DNA from: a virus
Length of the DNA stretch: 64,000 bases
Reading direction: 5' to 3' (one strand)
IMG/VR virus record: IMGVR_UViG_3300035698_017111
Coordinates: 64,001-128,000 of that record
Shown: positions 10,120 through 19,894 of the stretch, piece by piece
Position numbering within the stretch: the stretch's first letter is position 1
How the letters are laid out: every line of letters begins with the position of its first letter
Position numbers and translations under genes: made by a program
Notes under the pieces: model-generated
Databases searched by the model: none
What the model saw: only the letters and a program-made list of their open reading frames with translations
Told to the model about the DNA's origin: nothing

Positions 10120-10638
10120 ATGCAAAAACTCAAAAGAATTGTCAGGGCTGAAATACCAGCAGTTCTCATAGAAGACCTTGGCGTTTTTCTGAGACACAAG
10201 GGTGATAGTAGGGACCTGCTCGAAGCAAATGCAAAGAATCAAACTAGATTTACTGTGCAGCAAATTTGTAAATCTAACAGTTTGGATAATCTCGTTAAAA
10301 GAGGATTTCTCACACTCTGGGATGAAGATGGATTACAGGTCACTGGAGATGATGAAATAGAAAAGGCAACAAATGTTGCTACTTTGAGAGATGCTGGAGG
10401 TGGTTCTTCAGCTATATCAAAGAGAGTTATACAGGAGAGTTTCACGGCAGTGGGTGGAGAGGGAAGTTTTATCCTCACAAGCAGCCCACTTTACGAGAAT
10501 GGTGTTATTATGTTTGTGAATGGTAATAATCAAATTTATGGGACAGACTATACTGTGAGTGGAACAACGGTTACGTGGTCTGGTTTTACACTTGCATCTG
10601 GAGATCAACTCAACTTCTCATATGAAGTTCTCATATAA
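10120..10638 (+). CDS. hypothetical, possibly virion protein (C-terminal beta domain)
   Basis: MFVNGNNQIYGTDYTVSG, a motif type seen in phage structural proteins. Confidence 0.55.
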   Translation: MQKLKRIVRAEIPAVLIEDLGVFLRHKGDSRDLLEANAKNQTRFTVQQICKSNSLDNLVKRGFLTLWDEDGLQVTGDDEIEKATNVATLRDAGGGSSAISKRVIQESFTAVGGEGSFILTSSPLYENGVIMFVNGNNQIYGTDYTVSGTTVTWSGFTLASGDQLNFSYEVLI

Positions 10639-10647
10639 GGATGAATA

Positions 10648-11436
10648 ATGGCTAAGGGACAAAACAATAGAAAGGGAATGATTTATTCCGCTACCAACAA
10701 GATAAATAACAAAAAATATATTGGACAAACTATCAGTACGCTATCTGTTAGAAGAAGTGGTCATAAAAGCAAGGGAAAGAGAGCTTGTCCTTATTTTGGT
10801 AGAGCAATAGAAAAATATGGAGTCAATGGTTTTGTATGGGAGATTATAGAAGATGATCTGCCTATTTCTGAATTAAATGAAAGAGAAATATATTATATTG
10901 CAAAACATAAAACAAGAAACAAAATTTATGGATACAATATCGATATTGGTGGCTTTGTTCATAAAGAATATTCGATAGAAGCAAAATTAAAAATACAAAA
11001 TACGCATAAGGGTAGAAAATTTTCAGAAAATCACAAAAAAAAGATAAGTGAAGCAAAAAAAGGAAAAGGTTTTTCTAAAGAACACATTAAAAACCTTTCT
11101 ATTTCTCATATTGGAAAAGTATCTGGAAAAAAAGGTATTAAGAATTCTGAAAAAACACGTAAAAAGATTAAGGAATCTGTAAGGTTTAAAAATTACCAGA
11201 AAGGACTCTCAAAAAACAACACTAGTGGATATAAGGGCGTTTGTTGGGACAAGAGATATGGAAAATGGCTATCGCAAACCACTGGCATGAATAAGAAAAT
11301 GGTTTTTATAGGTTATTTCGGAACTAAAGAAGAAGCTGCTATTTCTTATGATAAAAAAATAGTCGAAATGGTTGGTATCGAAAATTGTGTCACTAATTAT
11401 GATCTTGGGTTAATTGGATGTAAATGCTATGAGTGA
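10648..11436 (+). CDS. GIY-YIG homing endonuclease with NUMOD3 and AP2 domains
   Basis: MIY..NKINNKKYIGQT, GYN, KFSENHKKKISEA, NTSGYKGVCW...IGYFGTKEEAA. Confidence 0.85.
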   Translation: MAKGQNNRKGMIYSATNKINNKKYIGQTISTLSVRRSGHKSKGKRACPYFGRAIEKYGVNGFVWEIIEDDLPISELNEREIYYIAKHKTRNKIYGYNIDIGGFVHKEYSIEAKLKIQNTHKGRKFSENHKKKISEAKKGKGFSKEHIKNLSISHIGKVSGKKGIKNSEKTRKKIKESVRFKNYQKGLSKNNTSGYKGVCWDKRYGKWLSQTTGMNKKMVFIGYFGTKEEAAISYDKKIVEMVGIENCVTNYDLGLIGCKCYE

Positions 11437-13348
11437 TCAAAAAATAAATATAGAAAACAATACTGGCGTCATCAACATATACAATGGTACTGAAGACAAT
11501 GAAGTCTTTAAGAAAAGTATATCGATGAATTCTGTAGACAAATATTCAACTCCGCTTGAAGCTAATATAGAAATGTCTCCATGGGGATCAAATAAATATA
11601 AAGTTTCCTTTATGTTAAAGAACAGTCTTTTGGGACAAGTTATGCAGCAAAACAATTTGGTCTACGACACAGAGGACAAGGCGAGAAAAGCATACAAAGA
11701 TATAATTGAAGTCATGAATGGGTTCAAAGAAGACGCTGAGAAGAAATTAACACATAGTGCTATAATCGTTCCTGCTATTTGGAATCGAATGGCATCTTTC
11801 AAAGATGACCTACATAAACCAGAATCTGACGATCTTCTTATTAGACACGACATCTCTCATCTCCATAAAGATTTCCAAGGTGCGACTCCAATGGGTCTTC
11901 TCGTCCATCCTGTTGACGAACACTTTCCAGATCACTATGGAATCGTCAAGGATGCTGCCAAGAAACAAGGTATGATTAAAACATCTGAGAAGAAAGATAT
12001 GGATTCTGGATGGTATAGAGAATCAAAAATAAAGAAGATGCCAAGTGGTAAATGGCGAGTTACCGATGAGTCTGGTAAAAAGAATCTGGGTGAATCAGAT
12101 ACTGAAGCAGGTGCCAAGAAAAGACTTCATGAAGTTGAGTACTTCAAGAACAAATCTGCTGGCAAACAAGAACTCGACCTAATAGAAGAGCTTGATCGAA
12201 AAAGACTGGATGGTAACTTTAATGAAGATGATTTGGCCAAAATCGCATGTTGTTTGTCTATATTTCCCAACGATCCAAACGATGTGAGGGAGATAAAAAG
12301 AGAAGCTCTTTTGCGTATACATAGTTTGTTTAAAACTAAAGAAACAATTGATAATTGGGCTGCAAAAAACTCAGAAAGAATAGATAGTGCGATATCTGCC
12401 ATTGGACAAATCGGTATTGTAAGATCGGCCGCAACAATTAAAGAGATATCTGCAAACGACTACGATTTGTTTATTTTTGATGCCGACCAAACGATTTGGG
12501 ATGGTGAATGTGCAAAAGATATGGAACTTCCATTCTCTATGATTGAAGAAAACACAATACAAGACAGTGTGGGGCGTAAAATTCGTTTACGTGATGGTGT
12601 TAGGGAAACTCTTCAGGGACTAACTGATATGGAGAGAGACATTGGTCTTGTTAGCCATTCTGAAAAAAAAGGTGTTCAGTATCAAGAACAACCTGTTGTT
12701 CTTCTCCTAAGAGAATTCGGTATTCTTGAGTATTTCAACGAAATGGTAGTCGTTGCTGGAGATATTCCTAAAAGTATATTTATTCCAAGTGGTAGACGAA
12801 CCATTTTTATAGATGACGAATCTCATAATCTTTTTGATGTATCTGAAAATTCAGATGCAGATGCAGCAGATGTGAAAGACGTTAAGTTCTTTAAGGTAGA
12901 AGATCTCTTGGAAAGAGGTAAACAGGAATTGAAAGACTCTGGATACTCTTCTGCTGAAGAAGCATTGTCCGATGTCGTCAAACAACAAGATATTGTCTCT
13001 GCAGCCAAAAAGCCACCTAAGCCAAAGGGTAAGGGTAAGTATGAACTTGATCACAAGAAGCCAAAGTGGAAGGGTGGTACGGAAAACGAAAGCAATCTTC
13101 AGTGGATACCAAAATCAAAACATAAGAAAAAGACCCAAGAAGAAGGTTCGTTCCAAGAAGGTGGAAAAGATCGTCACAGAAAGCTGAAAAACAAGAAGAC
13201 AGATCAGGGTTATTCTCAATATCAGAGTGATGCTGGTAAAGCCAAGGTCAGTAAAGAAAGAAAAGAAATGGGTGAAGAGGCTTTTAGTCGTAAACAAAGA
13301 GAGAGAGCTAAGAAAAGATGGGCCAAAAATACATGGTATAGAAAATAG
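11429..13348 (+). CDS. mosaic protein: HAD (MDP-1-like) phosphatase plus an HNH-like domain
   Basis: FIFDADQTIW and IFIDD; YELDHKKPKWKGGTENESNLQ. Confidence 0.65.
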   Translation: MSDQKINIENNTGVINIYNGTEDNEVFKKSISMNSVDKYSTPLEANIEMSPWGSNKYKVSFMLKNSLLGQVMQQNNLVYDTEDKARKAYKDIIEVMNGFKEDAEKKLTHSAIIVPAIWNRMASFKDDLHKPESDDLLIRHDISHLHKDFQGATPMGLLVHPVDEHFPDHYGIVKDAAKKQGMIKTSEKKDMDSGWYRESKIKKMPSGKWRVTDESGKKNLGESDTEAGAKKRLHEVEYFKNKSAGKQELDLIEELDRKRLDGNFNEDDLAKIACCLSIFPNDPNDVREIKREALLRIHSLFKTKETIDNWAAKNSERIDSAISAIGQIGIVRSAATIKEISANDYDLFIFDADQTIWDGECAKDMELPFSMIEENTIQDSVGRKIRLRDGVRETLQGLTDMERDIGLVSHSEKKGVQYQEQPVVLLLREFGILEYFNEMVVVAGDIPKSIFIPSGRRTIFIDDESHNLFDVSENSDADAADVKDVKFFKVEDLLERGKQELKDSGYSSAEEALSDVVKQQDIVSAAKKPPKPKGKGKYELDHKKPKWKGGTENESNLQWIPKSKHKKKTQEEGSFQEGGKDRHRKLKNKKTDQGYSQYQSDAGKAKVSKERKEMGEEAFSRKQRERAKKRWAKNTWYRK

Positions 13349-13397
13349 ATAAGAAATAGCTTGAAATCGTCCCTCGGATGTCGTATTGTGAAATATA

Positions 13398-13880
13398 ATG
13401 TTCGAGGGAGATTTGTATCCAATGAAATATCTAGTGCACGTCATTGATGAGGCATCCGTTCATCACAAGACAGAGGGTGGTGAGTATGAGATGGAAAGAG
13501 GGTTGGCTGAGAATGGTGAAGAATGCCAGGTTTCTCGGTCTGATTCTTTCTATTTCATAGACGTAGATGATGCTGTAGATGCCGTTGTATCTGTGGCTAA
13601 AATAGTAAGAGTTAAAGACTCAAATGGGGATCTTGTTTCTCTATCTACTGCATTTTCTCAAACAAAAAAAGAAGTTGAAAACGCTAGTCTTGACGAAGAC
13701 GACTTCACCGTTCTTCATGACCTACCATTGGATTATGCTGGGAACACTCATTCCAATCTACTCATTGCTTCTTGTCAAATTAAACGTCATAATGAAGAAG
13801 AAGAATGGCAAGAGCTTCATAGAGTCTATTTCTACGTAACTCAACAAGATAAAATAATGCAAATCACAGGCAAGGATTAG
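13398..13880 (+). CDS. hypothetical protein
   Basis: 160 aa ORF after a TTGAAA-17-TATTGT promoter; the true start may be 13422. Confidence 0.6.
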   Translation: MFEGDLYPMKYLVHVIDEASVHHKTEGGEYEMERGLAENGEECQVSRSDSFYFIDVDDAVDAVVSVAKIVRVKDSNGDLVSLSTAFSQTKKEVENASLDEDDFTVLHDLPLDYAGNTHSNLLIASCQIKRHNEEEEWQELHRVYFYVTQQDKIMQITGKD

Positions 13881-13884
13881 ACCA

Positions 13885-14424
13885 ATGGGCAATCTTAAAA
13901 ATTTACGATGTTATTTTTCTCATCCAATTGAGAATCAGCAAGATCCAGGGCCAATTGCAAGAGATAGGGATCTGTTGGCCGACTTTCTAAAAAAGAAATC
14001 TTCATTTTTCATCGATCCAAGAAAGATATCACTTCATGGTATCTCTGAGGTAATCGATAAAGATCAAATCGTAAAAGAGAAAGACTTTAAAGAGCTTCGT
14101 AGGCAGATGAGGATTATTGTCAGAAAAGATCTCAGAAGTGTTGATATCTCTGACTTTATAGTTGCGTATTTACCCAAAGACATTAAGACAACGGGCTGCA
14201 TTCATGAGGTGATTCTATCTGATGACCAGAAGAAACCAACGTTTATTGTATGTCCAGAGGGAATAGAATACATTCCTTCATGGCTTTTTGGCCTTGTTCC
14301 TCTTGAATATATGTTTGACTCCATGGAGGATTTAATCGTATACTTGACTGAGATCGATAATGCCAATATCGAAACTTTAGAAGATGATAGATGGCAATTC
14401 ATCATAGCAACACTAATAGATTAA
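13885..14424 (+). CDS. nucleoside 2-deoxyribosyltransferase-like protein
   Basis: YFSHPI, DLRSVDISDFIVAYL, TGCIHE, KKP. Confidence 0.65.
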   Translation: MGNLKNLRCYFSHPIENQQDPGPIARDRDLLADFLKKKSSFFIDPRKISLHGISEVIDKDQIVKEKDFKELRRQMRIIVRKDLRSVDISDFIVAYLPKDIKTTGCIHEVILSDDQKKPTFIVCPEGIEYIPSWLFGLVPLEYMFDSMEDLIVYLTEIDNANIETLEDDRWQFIIATLID

Positions 14425-14435
14425 GGAGACGTGAA

Positions 14436-14627
14436 ATGGCAGTAGATCCCTTTGCAAGACTCGCAGAAATTTGTCGTGAAAAAGAAAAGAAGATGCACCC
14501 AGATCCAACGAACAACTTTTTGGAAAGAGAAGAATATGTAGAAAAAAAGGGCAAGGGACCAGAGTTTATCTACGTCCCAACAGAAGAGGGTGAAGAGATA
14601 TTTACAAAGATAGAGGAGGAGGAGTGA
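14436..14627 (+). CDS. hypothetical protein
   Basis: AAGGAG RBS before ATG 14436. Confidence 0.55.
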   Translation: MAVDPFARLAEICREKEKKMHPDPTNNFLEREEYVEKKGKGPEFIYVPTEEGEEIFTKIEEEE

Positions 14628-14628
14628 A

Positions 14629-15141
14629 ATGAAGACTATTGCAAGGACACTCAGAGAAAGAAAGACTTGGTGTGAGAATCTTAGGATTTGTTCTCATAGA
14701 ATAAATATTAGTTCGGTAACAGATGATGAAGTCAAGCCAGATTTCAAAGTTACAGATTTGTTGAGTGAATTCAACGAAATGCAGATCGGTCTTAGAGAAG
14801 CCAAGACAAAGGTGGCTAAGAAGTCACAGGAGTTGATGGTTCAAATTCCCGAGGGTATCGATACCGTTGGTGAATCTGGAAGCGAAGTCACTCTTTATTT
14901 GGCTATCTTGATTCGAGATGACATGAAGGCTCGAAAATCTATTCTTATGCGTATGGCAGAAAAGACCATTGATCCAAGAGCAGTGCATGGTCACCTTCTA
15001 CATAGGGATGATGCTCCACCGCCAAAGAAAGTTAGGCATTTCGATTTCGATGCCGTGTTGTCGGAAATAGATAACCTACAAGACAAGATTGATATTCTGG
15101 ATTCTTCAATCCAGTATGTTGATAGTACATCGGAAGTCTAA
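14629..15141 (+). CDS. DIP1984/septicolysin-like helical protein
   Basis: Pattern KTIARTLRER...TLYLAILIRD...IDNLQDKIDILDSSIQ..TSEV. Confidence 0.6.
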   Translation: MKTIARTLRERKTWCENLRICSHRINISSVTDDEVKPDFKVTDLLSEFNEMQIGLREAKTKVAKKSQELMVQIPEGIDTVGESGSEVTLYLAILIRDDMKARKSILMRMAEKTIDPRAVHGHLLHRDDAPPPKKVRHFDFDAVLSEIDNLQDKIDILDSSIQYVDSTSEV

Positions 15142-15169
15142 GAATTCTGCATGCCTGCCGGTGCAGATA

Positions 15170-15368
15170 GGCTGATGGAAAACAAGAAAATAGGGCTTGA
15201 AACCCCTGTTCCTACATGCTTTAATGAAAATGGTTGATCTCGATCAATAGCTGATTGAGCCAATGACAAACACGCACAATGCACATTGGGAAAAATCAAC
15301 AGGCACATTGGGCAATTATGGTACTGGGTACTGTGGACTGGGTACTTTTATCTTGTTTGACATTAGCC
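15170..15368 (+). ncRNA. putative structured ncRNA with short internal repeats
   Basis: Closing helices GGCTGATG/CATTAGCC and AAACAAGA/TCTTGTTT, with internal hairpins and repeats. Confidence 0.55.
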
Positions 15369-15371
15369 GTT

Positions 15372-15403
15372 GAGAGAGGGCTTTCGTGGCCCTCTCTCTT
15401 TTT
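15372..15403 (+). terminator. intrinsic terminator
   Basis: GAGAGAGGGC/GCCCTCTCTC stem followed by a T tract. Confidence 0.75.
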
Positions 15404-15414
15404 AGGAGACTATT

Positions 15415-15933
15415 ATGACGACTGTCGAGGAATTTTTTGACAACATAAGAGATTTGAATATCGGTGCTGCTGTAGATTGTTGGATTTCTCTCAGCGAAGA
15501 TGAAAAAAGTGCCATTAGGCAAGGAATGCTTGATCTTTGTGAAGACGATAGGGAAGGTTTTAGAATGCGGTTTAATCTTCTCAGCGAACACATATCCAAT
15601 GACATCTTTGCTCTTTGTTCACGACAAACAGACATTCCAGACATTCCTGATGTTTTGGATGGTTTTCAAGATGGCTTAAATAAAGTTTCTAAATTAATTG
15701 AAGAAAATCAAGAAGATATTGTTAATCTTATCATGAGCCTTCGTTGTTTGTCGAATTTATTGATAACACCTTTGCCGAAAGAAAACAAGAAAATGGATCC
15801 CGAATTATATGGGGTAATAGCAGACCTATTGTCTTCATATAGACGTGAATTAGAAGACAGAGGGATGCCTGCTTATTATGTTAAAGATTTAATAATAATA
15901 GAAGCTAGGAGGCTTAGTTCACGATATGAATGA
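15415..15933 (+). CDS. hypothetical protein
   Basis: AGGAG RBS, 172 aa. Confidence 0.7.
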   Translation: MTTVEEFFDNIRDLNIGAAVDCWISLSEDEKSAIRQGMLDLCEDDREGFRMRFNLLSEHISNDIFALCSRQTDIPDIPDVLDGFQDGLNKVSKLIEENQEDIVNLIMSLRCLSNLLITPLPKENKKMDPELYGVIADLLSSYRRELEDRGMPAYYVKDLIIIEARRLSSRYE

Positions 15934-16345
15934 AATTGATCCCATGTCTATGTCTACTGAAAGTTTGATAGATTTCTTCCTAGAGAAAAGTGATATCTCT
16001 ATAGAGGAGTTTTTATACCACGTTAATGATAAGAGAATGGTCTTCTACATAGAGGTGGTAAACTTCTTTCTATTAAACAACACCAATGATGATATGTGGT
16101 ATACGGTTGTCCATGAGGCAGAGCCAATAATTAAAGACATAGAAACGGATGAGGGGTCGAATTGGATCCTTCGAGAATTTATGATTGATTTGACACATTT
16201 GGTTGGTTACAGGGGAGAAGATTTGCAATTGCTCGTCTTCCCATTTGAGGATGAAGAAACCAATGAACTCTTCGGCTCTGCATTGAGAGACACAAAACCA
16301 GCACAATATTGGCATAATGGAGAGTTTGTTGGAGATAATCTTTAA
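15926..16345 (+). CDS. hypothetical protein
   Basis: 139 aa, overlaps the previous gene end. Confidence 0.65.
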   Translation: MNEIDPMSMSTESLIDFFLEKSDISIEEFLYHVNDKRMVFYIEVVNFFLLNNTNDDMWYTVVHEAEPIIKDIETDEGSNWILREFMIDLTHLVGYRGEDLQLLVFPFEDEETNELFGSALRDTKPAQYWHNGEFVGDNL

Positions 16346-16584
16346 TAAAGTATGGTCTGAATCTCTTCCTCCCAATTCGAACAATTAAAATGTTTTTCGC
16401 ACCTAAGACATTTGTGATCTCTGGATTCCCATTTATTTCTAAATAAAACAGCATATTTAACCATCCATTCAACAGCTGCTTCGTTATGGGTAAGTGTCCT
16501 TCCCATTTCGTTTTCTTTTTCAAGATAAGATGCGATCATGAATCTTTCGGTCTTTACGTATAATCTAAAGTCAATATATGTCAT
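16342..16584 (-). CDS. hypothetical protein
   Basis: GGAGG RBS, 80 aa, C-terminal Cys cluster. Confidence 0.55.
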   Translation of the reverse strand: MTYIDFRLYVKTERFMIASYLEKENEMGRTLTHNEAAVEWMVKYAVLFRNKWESRDHKCLRCEKHFNCSNWEEEIQTILY

Positions 16585-16657
16585 TACATTCCTCCCACAC
16601 TAGTCTGTTCGATACAATATACAACAATACCTTTCTGGCTATGTCGTATAGAAATAT

Positions 16658-17020
16658 ATGGCCAACAAAAGACAAAAGATTCCCAAACATGTTAAAGAGG
16701 AGGTCAGGCATAGACAGAAGTCTGGCTGTGTAACATGTATTGATCGTGGAATAATCTATCACCACGTTCATCCAGTATCTATGGGTGGGATGAATTCTCA
16801 TTACAACATAGTCCTCCTTTGCAAATCTTGCCATAACAAGATACATCTAGGTGACCTGCCTACCATCACTAGCGTACTGGAATACCTGTACTATCTCAAG
16901 CATAATTGCTTGCCAGATAGCCAAGAAGAAATCACGGAATTGGCAGAAACAATAAAGGTAGAACATGTCCCTATTTGGAATAGAGAAGAAGAGGACATTG
17001 ACAATGAACTGGTACGCTAA
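16658..17020 (+). CDS. HNH endonuclease
   Basis: CVTC...HHVHPVSMGG...NIVLLCKSCHNKIH. Confidence 0.85.
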   Translation: MANKRQKIPKHVKEEVRHRQKSGCVTCIDRGIIYHHVHPVSMGGMNSHYNIVLLCKSCHNKIHLGDLPTITSVLEYLYYLKHNCLPDSQEEITELAETIKVEHVPIWNREEEDIDNELVR

Positions 17021-17687
17021 AAAAATTGTAGATAAAGAAACACCCACAGACAATATCCCCGGTGGATTTGCTGATAATATGCCAGATGAGTCCTTTGACG
17101 AAGAACAAATTGCCAAGGGAATAAAGATAGAAATGGAACATGTTGATGATGTTGATCTAGCAAGAGAAATATCAAAGGACCATCTTAAAGAATTCCCTAA
17201 ATACTATAACGCTTTAGAAGAAATGGAAAAGAAACTAAAGAATGAAAAGAAAGCTTTTAATTTCAGAAGGATTGTTGCTCAAGAAGAATACGAGGGACAT
17301 TCTAGTGTTGTAGATAGTATGGAACTTGGTGGAGGGGACGGCCGTAAATTAGATCCTAAAACAAAGGTTCAAATAAATAATGAGTTAGATTCTAAATTCA
17401 TTCACTATCCTGGCACTAGTAAAACAATATTTTTCAAACAAATACCAATGGCAGATATCGAAAATATTATTGCCAAATACGGTGTGGTTCTTCTTCAAGA
17501 AGACAATACAAAATTGCAACTACTGTTTCTAAGTGGAGAAGATAGTTATGACTATTTTGATGCAGCATATGCCGACTCAAAGGATGGGGAGTCTGGATTC
17601 TATATCCCATTTGAGAACACAAGATTATATCTACATTGGACTCGTGTAGACAACGGAACATATTATATTAATGTTCGTCTTACCTAA
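17004..17687 (+). CDS. DUF5661-like domain protein
   Basis: GIKIEMEH...AREISKDHLKEFPKYY; begins MNWYAKK after a GAGG RBS. Confidence 0.65.
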   Translation: MNWYAKKIVDKETPTDNIPGGFADNMPDESFDEEQIAKGIKIEMEHVDDVDLAREISKDHLKEFPKYYNALEEMEKKLKNEKKAFNFRRIVAQEEYEGHSSVVDSMELGGGDGRKLDPKTKVQINNELDSKFIHYPGTSKTIFFKQIPMADIENIIAKYGVVLLQEDNTKLQLLFLSGEDSYDYFDAAYADSKDGESGFYIPFENTRLYLHWTRVDNGTYYINVRLT

Positions 17688-18152
17688 TTAACCCAAAAGA
17701 ACATAACAACCAGCACGTGGATGATTTGCGTAAATTTCTTCAATTTGCTGTGCTTTAATAATATGTGCTGGGTCAATTAATATTATTGGATTTTCATGTC
17801 TATGAAATGTACATCTTTCTACTTCTGATATTGGAATAATTCTCGATTTTTGATCTTCACTTATTTCAGATCTTTGATTTTCCATCATTCTAAATATGAG
17901 ATCTTTACAGTACATGTGTGTGGGGCCTATTAAATAACATTGTTTAAAATATGATAGTAACATAATGGCCAATGTTGTATTTCCCATTCTCCTTGGCAGT
18001 TTGGTTGCAATTGTCTTTAACTCCCTATCTGCACGAATAGGACCCAGATGTGCTATCTCTTTTGAAAGGTCACATTCTAAAATATACTCCACACATTCCA
18101 CTAAACCAGAAAATATACTAAACAATTTAGGATCTATTTTACCAAGTTCCAT
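17688..18152 (-). CDS. hypothetical protein with a P-loop-like motif
   Basis: PRRMGNTT...ILID. Confidence 0.5.
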   Translation of the reverse strand: MELGKIDPKLFSIFSGLVECVEYILECDLSKEIAHLGPIRADRELKTIATKLPRRMGNTTLAIMLLSYFKQCYLIGPTHMYCKDLIFRMMENQRSEISEDQKSRIIPISEVERCTFHRHENPIILIDPAHIIKAQQIEEIYANHPRAGCYVLLG

Positions 18153-18282
18153 TTTTTCGTCTCCTTATACTGTTGTACTGTCATTAGTTTACATAGTACG
18201 ATTAGGATATACAAGTAAAATCGACAGCCAAGAAGGATTTTTTATGTTTTAAGCGGAATTTAGATTAAGTGAGGATAATACC

Positions 18283-18618
18283 ATGGCTTATGAAGACTAC
18301 AACCCACTAGAACAAGTTCTTGCTCAACAAAGAGACCAATATGCTGAAGAACTAAAAGCATTGAAAGGTCAACTACAGAACATAGGACTTTCAGAGATAC
18401 ATTACAAAATGGTAATAGAAGAATGTCAAAATGCTTTGAGCAAAATATTCAAAACAGCTTCTTCTGATTGTGATGAATACGATTTAAAAGATATTCGTGA
18501 AGAAATACAAAGAACTCTATCTGTTGTGAAAAGACAAGTGGAATTAGTGCAAGAAACAAAAGAAAAGGGATTTGATGCTGCATATGCATTTAATTTAAGA
18601 AGAACAAAAAAGGGTTAA
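18283..18618 (+). CDS. hypothetical coiled-coil protein
   Basis: GAGG RBS; AGG-N19-GAATT upstream at 18234-18260. Confidence 0.65.
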   Translation: MAYEDYNPLEQVLAQQRDQYAEELKALKGQLQNIGLSEIHYKMVIEECQNALSKIFKTASSDCDEYDLKDIREEIQRTLSVVKRQVELVQETKEKGFDAAYAFNLRRTKKG

Positions 18619-18893
18619 AGGTCCCATTCTTTTTTACCCATAAAATCAATTGCCTCATCCTCTGAGTCAAACATAAAATCCTGACGTATCATTCCCTCAT
18701 CATCATATTCTGTTGTATAGAACGCAAACGATGTCTTAATCTTCCCATCTGTTTCATCTTCACGCATTTCGTATATAACCGAGACAATGGTTGTTCTAAC
18801 AAAAGAAATAATATCTAGATTCTCATTGTCATAATCTGGAATCCAAACTTCATCACCTATATCGTAAATGGGTTTTTCTCCAGATATCCGCAT
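18615..18893 (-). CDS. hypothetical protein
   Basis: AGGGA RBS before MRISGEK; YDIGDEVW motif. Confidence 0.6.
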   Translation of the reverse strand: MRISGEKPIYDIGDEVWIPDYDNENLDIISFVRTTIVSVIYEMREDETDGKIKTSFAFYTTEYDDEGMIRQDFMFDSEDEAIDFMGKKEWDL

Positions 18894-18921
18894 AATGCAT
18901 TCCCTATTGATAAAAATTATA

Positions 18922-19092
18922 GGAGTGGTTGACTTCGGGTTTGTAACCTGACACCTAACGCTCATGGCGTGAGGACGTTCTGGCCTTGGGTATGATCCTC
19001 ACCAGATTTTTCAGCCCGTACTTCAGTTGTTACAATTTGAGGCTACCCTTTTCTCATACTCAGTACGATTAATTACGTACAGCAACCACTCC
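18922..19092. ncRNA. putative structured, possibly pseudoknotted ncRNA
   Basis: Perfect 10-bp terminal helix GGAGTGGTTG/CAACCACTCC plus several internal helices. Confidence 0.5.
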
Positions 19093-19099
19093 CATTTTC

Positions 19100-19808
19100 T
19101 TATACGACATTGTATATCTTGTCGAGATCTCCCCTAAGGAATTTCGCTAAAGAAAACTTACCTTCAGGACACTCAACACGATCTCTTCTATAGTTATAGT
19201 TTCTATTATAACCACCACGTTTTCCTTTATTTTGATTCTGAGAGTCATATTGTCCCTTGATGTCTGTGTGTTTTTTCTTCTCACTAATCACAGACATTTT
19301 CTTGGATAGTCGTTCAAAAGCTATCTCTTTGTTTTTTCTCTGATCACGAGTATCACAACATTCAACGGTTATTCCGTCGTATTGCAAACGAACACCAGAG
19401 AGAGTTTTATTTCTTTTCTGTCCACCACAACCAGAATCCTTATAGTACGTAACCCTAACCTTTGATTTATCAATAGTGTTCTCTTCGACTCTATTCTTTT
19501 CGACAAGAACGACATTGATCAAAGAAGTTTGGACCCGGCCACGAGTCTCCGTTGGAGGGACTCTCTGGACACGGTGAACTCCAGGCTCTCTTCAGAACCA
19601 GTCTCTACATCCAGGTCCAGTTAATTCTAATTCTGTTTGTTTTGCGGTTTGAGACACAACACGGGCTTTAATGTTATGTTTTGCAGCATGCTTCAGGTAA
19701 GCCTTGAGTAGGTCCTGAGCAAATAGGCGGGAATCCTGACCTCCCTCACCAGGCAAGATTCGAAGATAGAGGGGGCTAAAGACAACTCCTTTTCGTTTGT
19801 GTTTTCAT
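19100..19808 (-). CDS. RF1-like peptide chain release factor lacking domain 1; needs a +1 frameshift and UGA readthrough (about 235 aa)
   Basis: RBS and ATG at 19808; AGGAGT-TGT-CTT-TAG-C; the +1 frame reads PGEGGQDSRLFAQDL...WF*REPGVHRVQRVPPTETRGRVQTS and continues into SGCGGQ. Confidence 0.8.
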
Positions 19809-19894
19809 AATTACTCTCCTTTTTAGTATTTCTCATATCAATACGATTTTCTTTATGCAAATACCTCGTTACATGATTTATCGTATACTACAGG

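Noticed and set aside
15280-15350. CRISPR-like repeats
   Set aside because: The units are only 7-10 nt with no spacers, and there are no cas genes.
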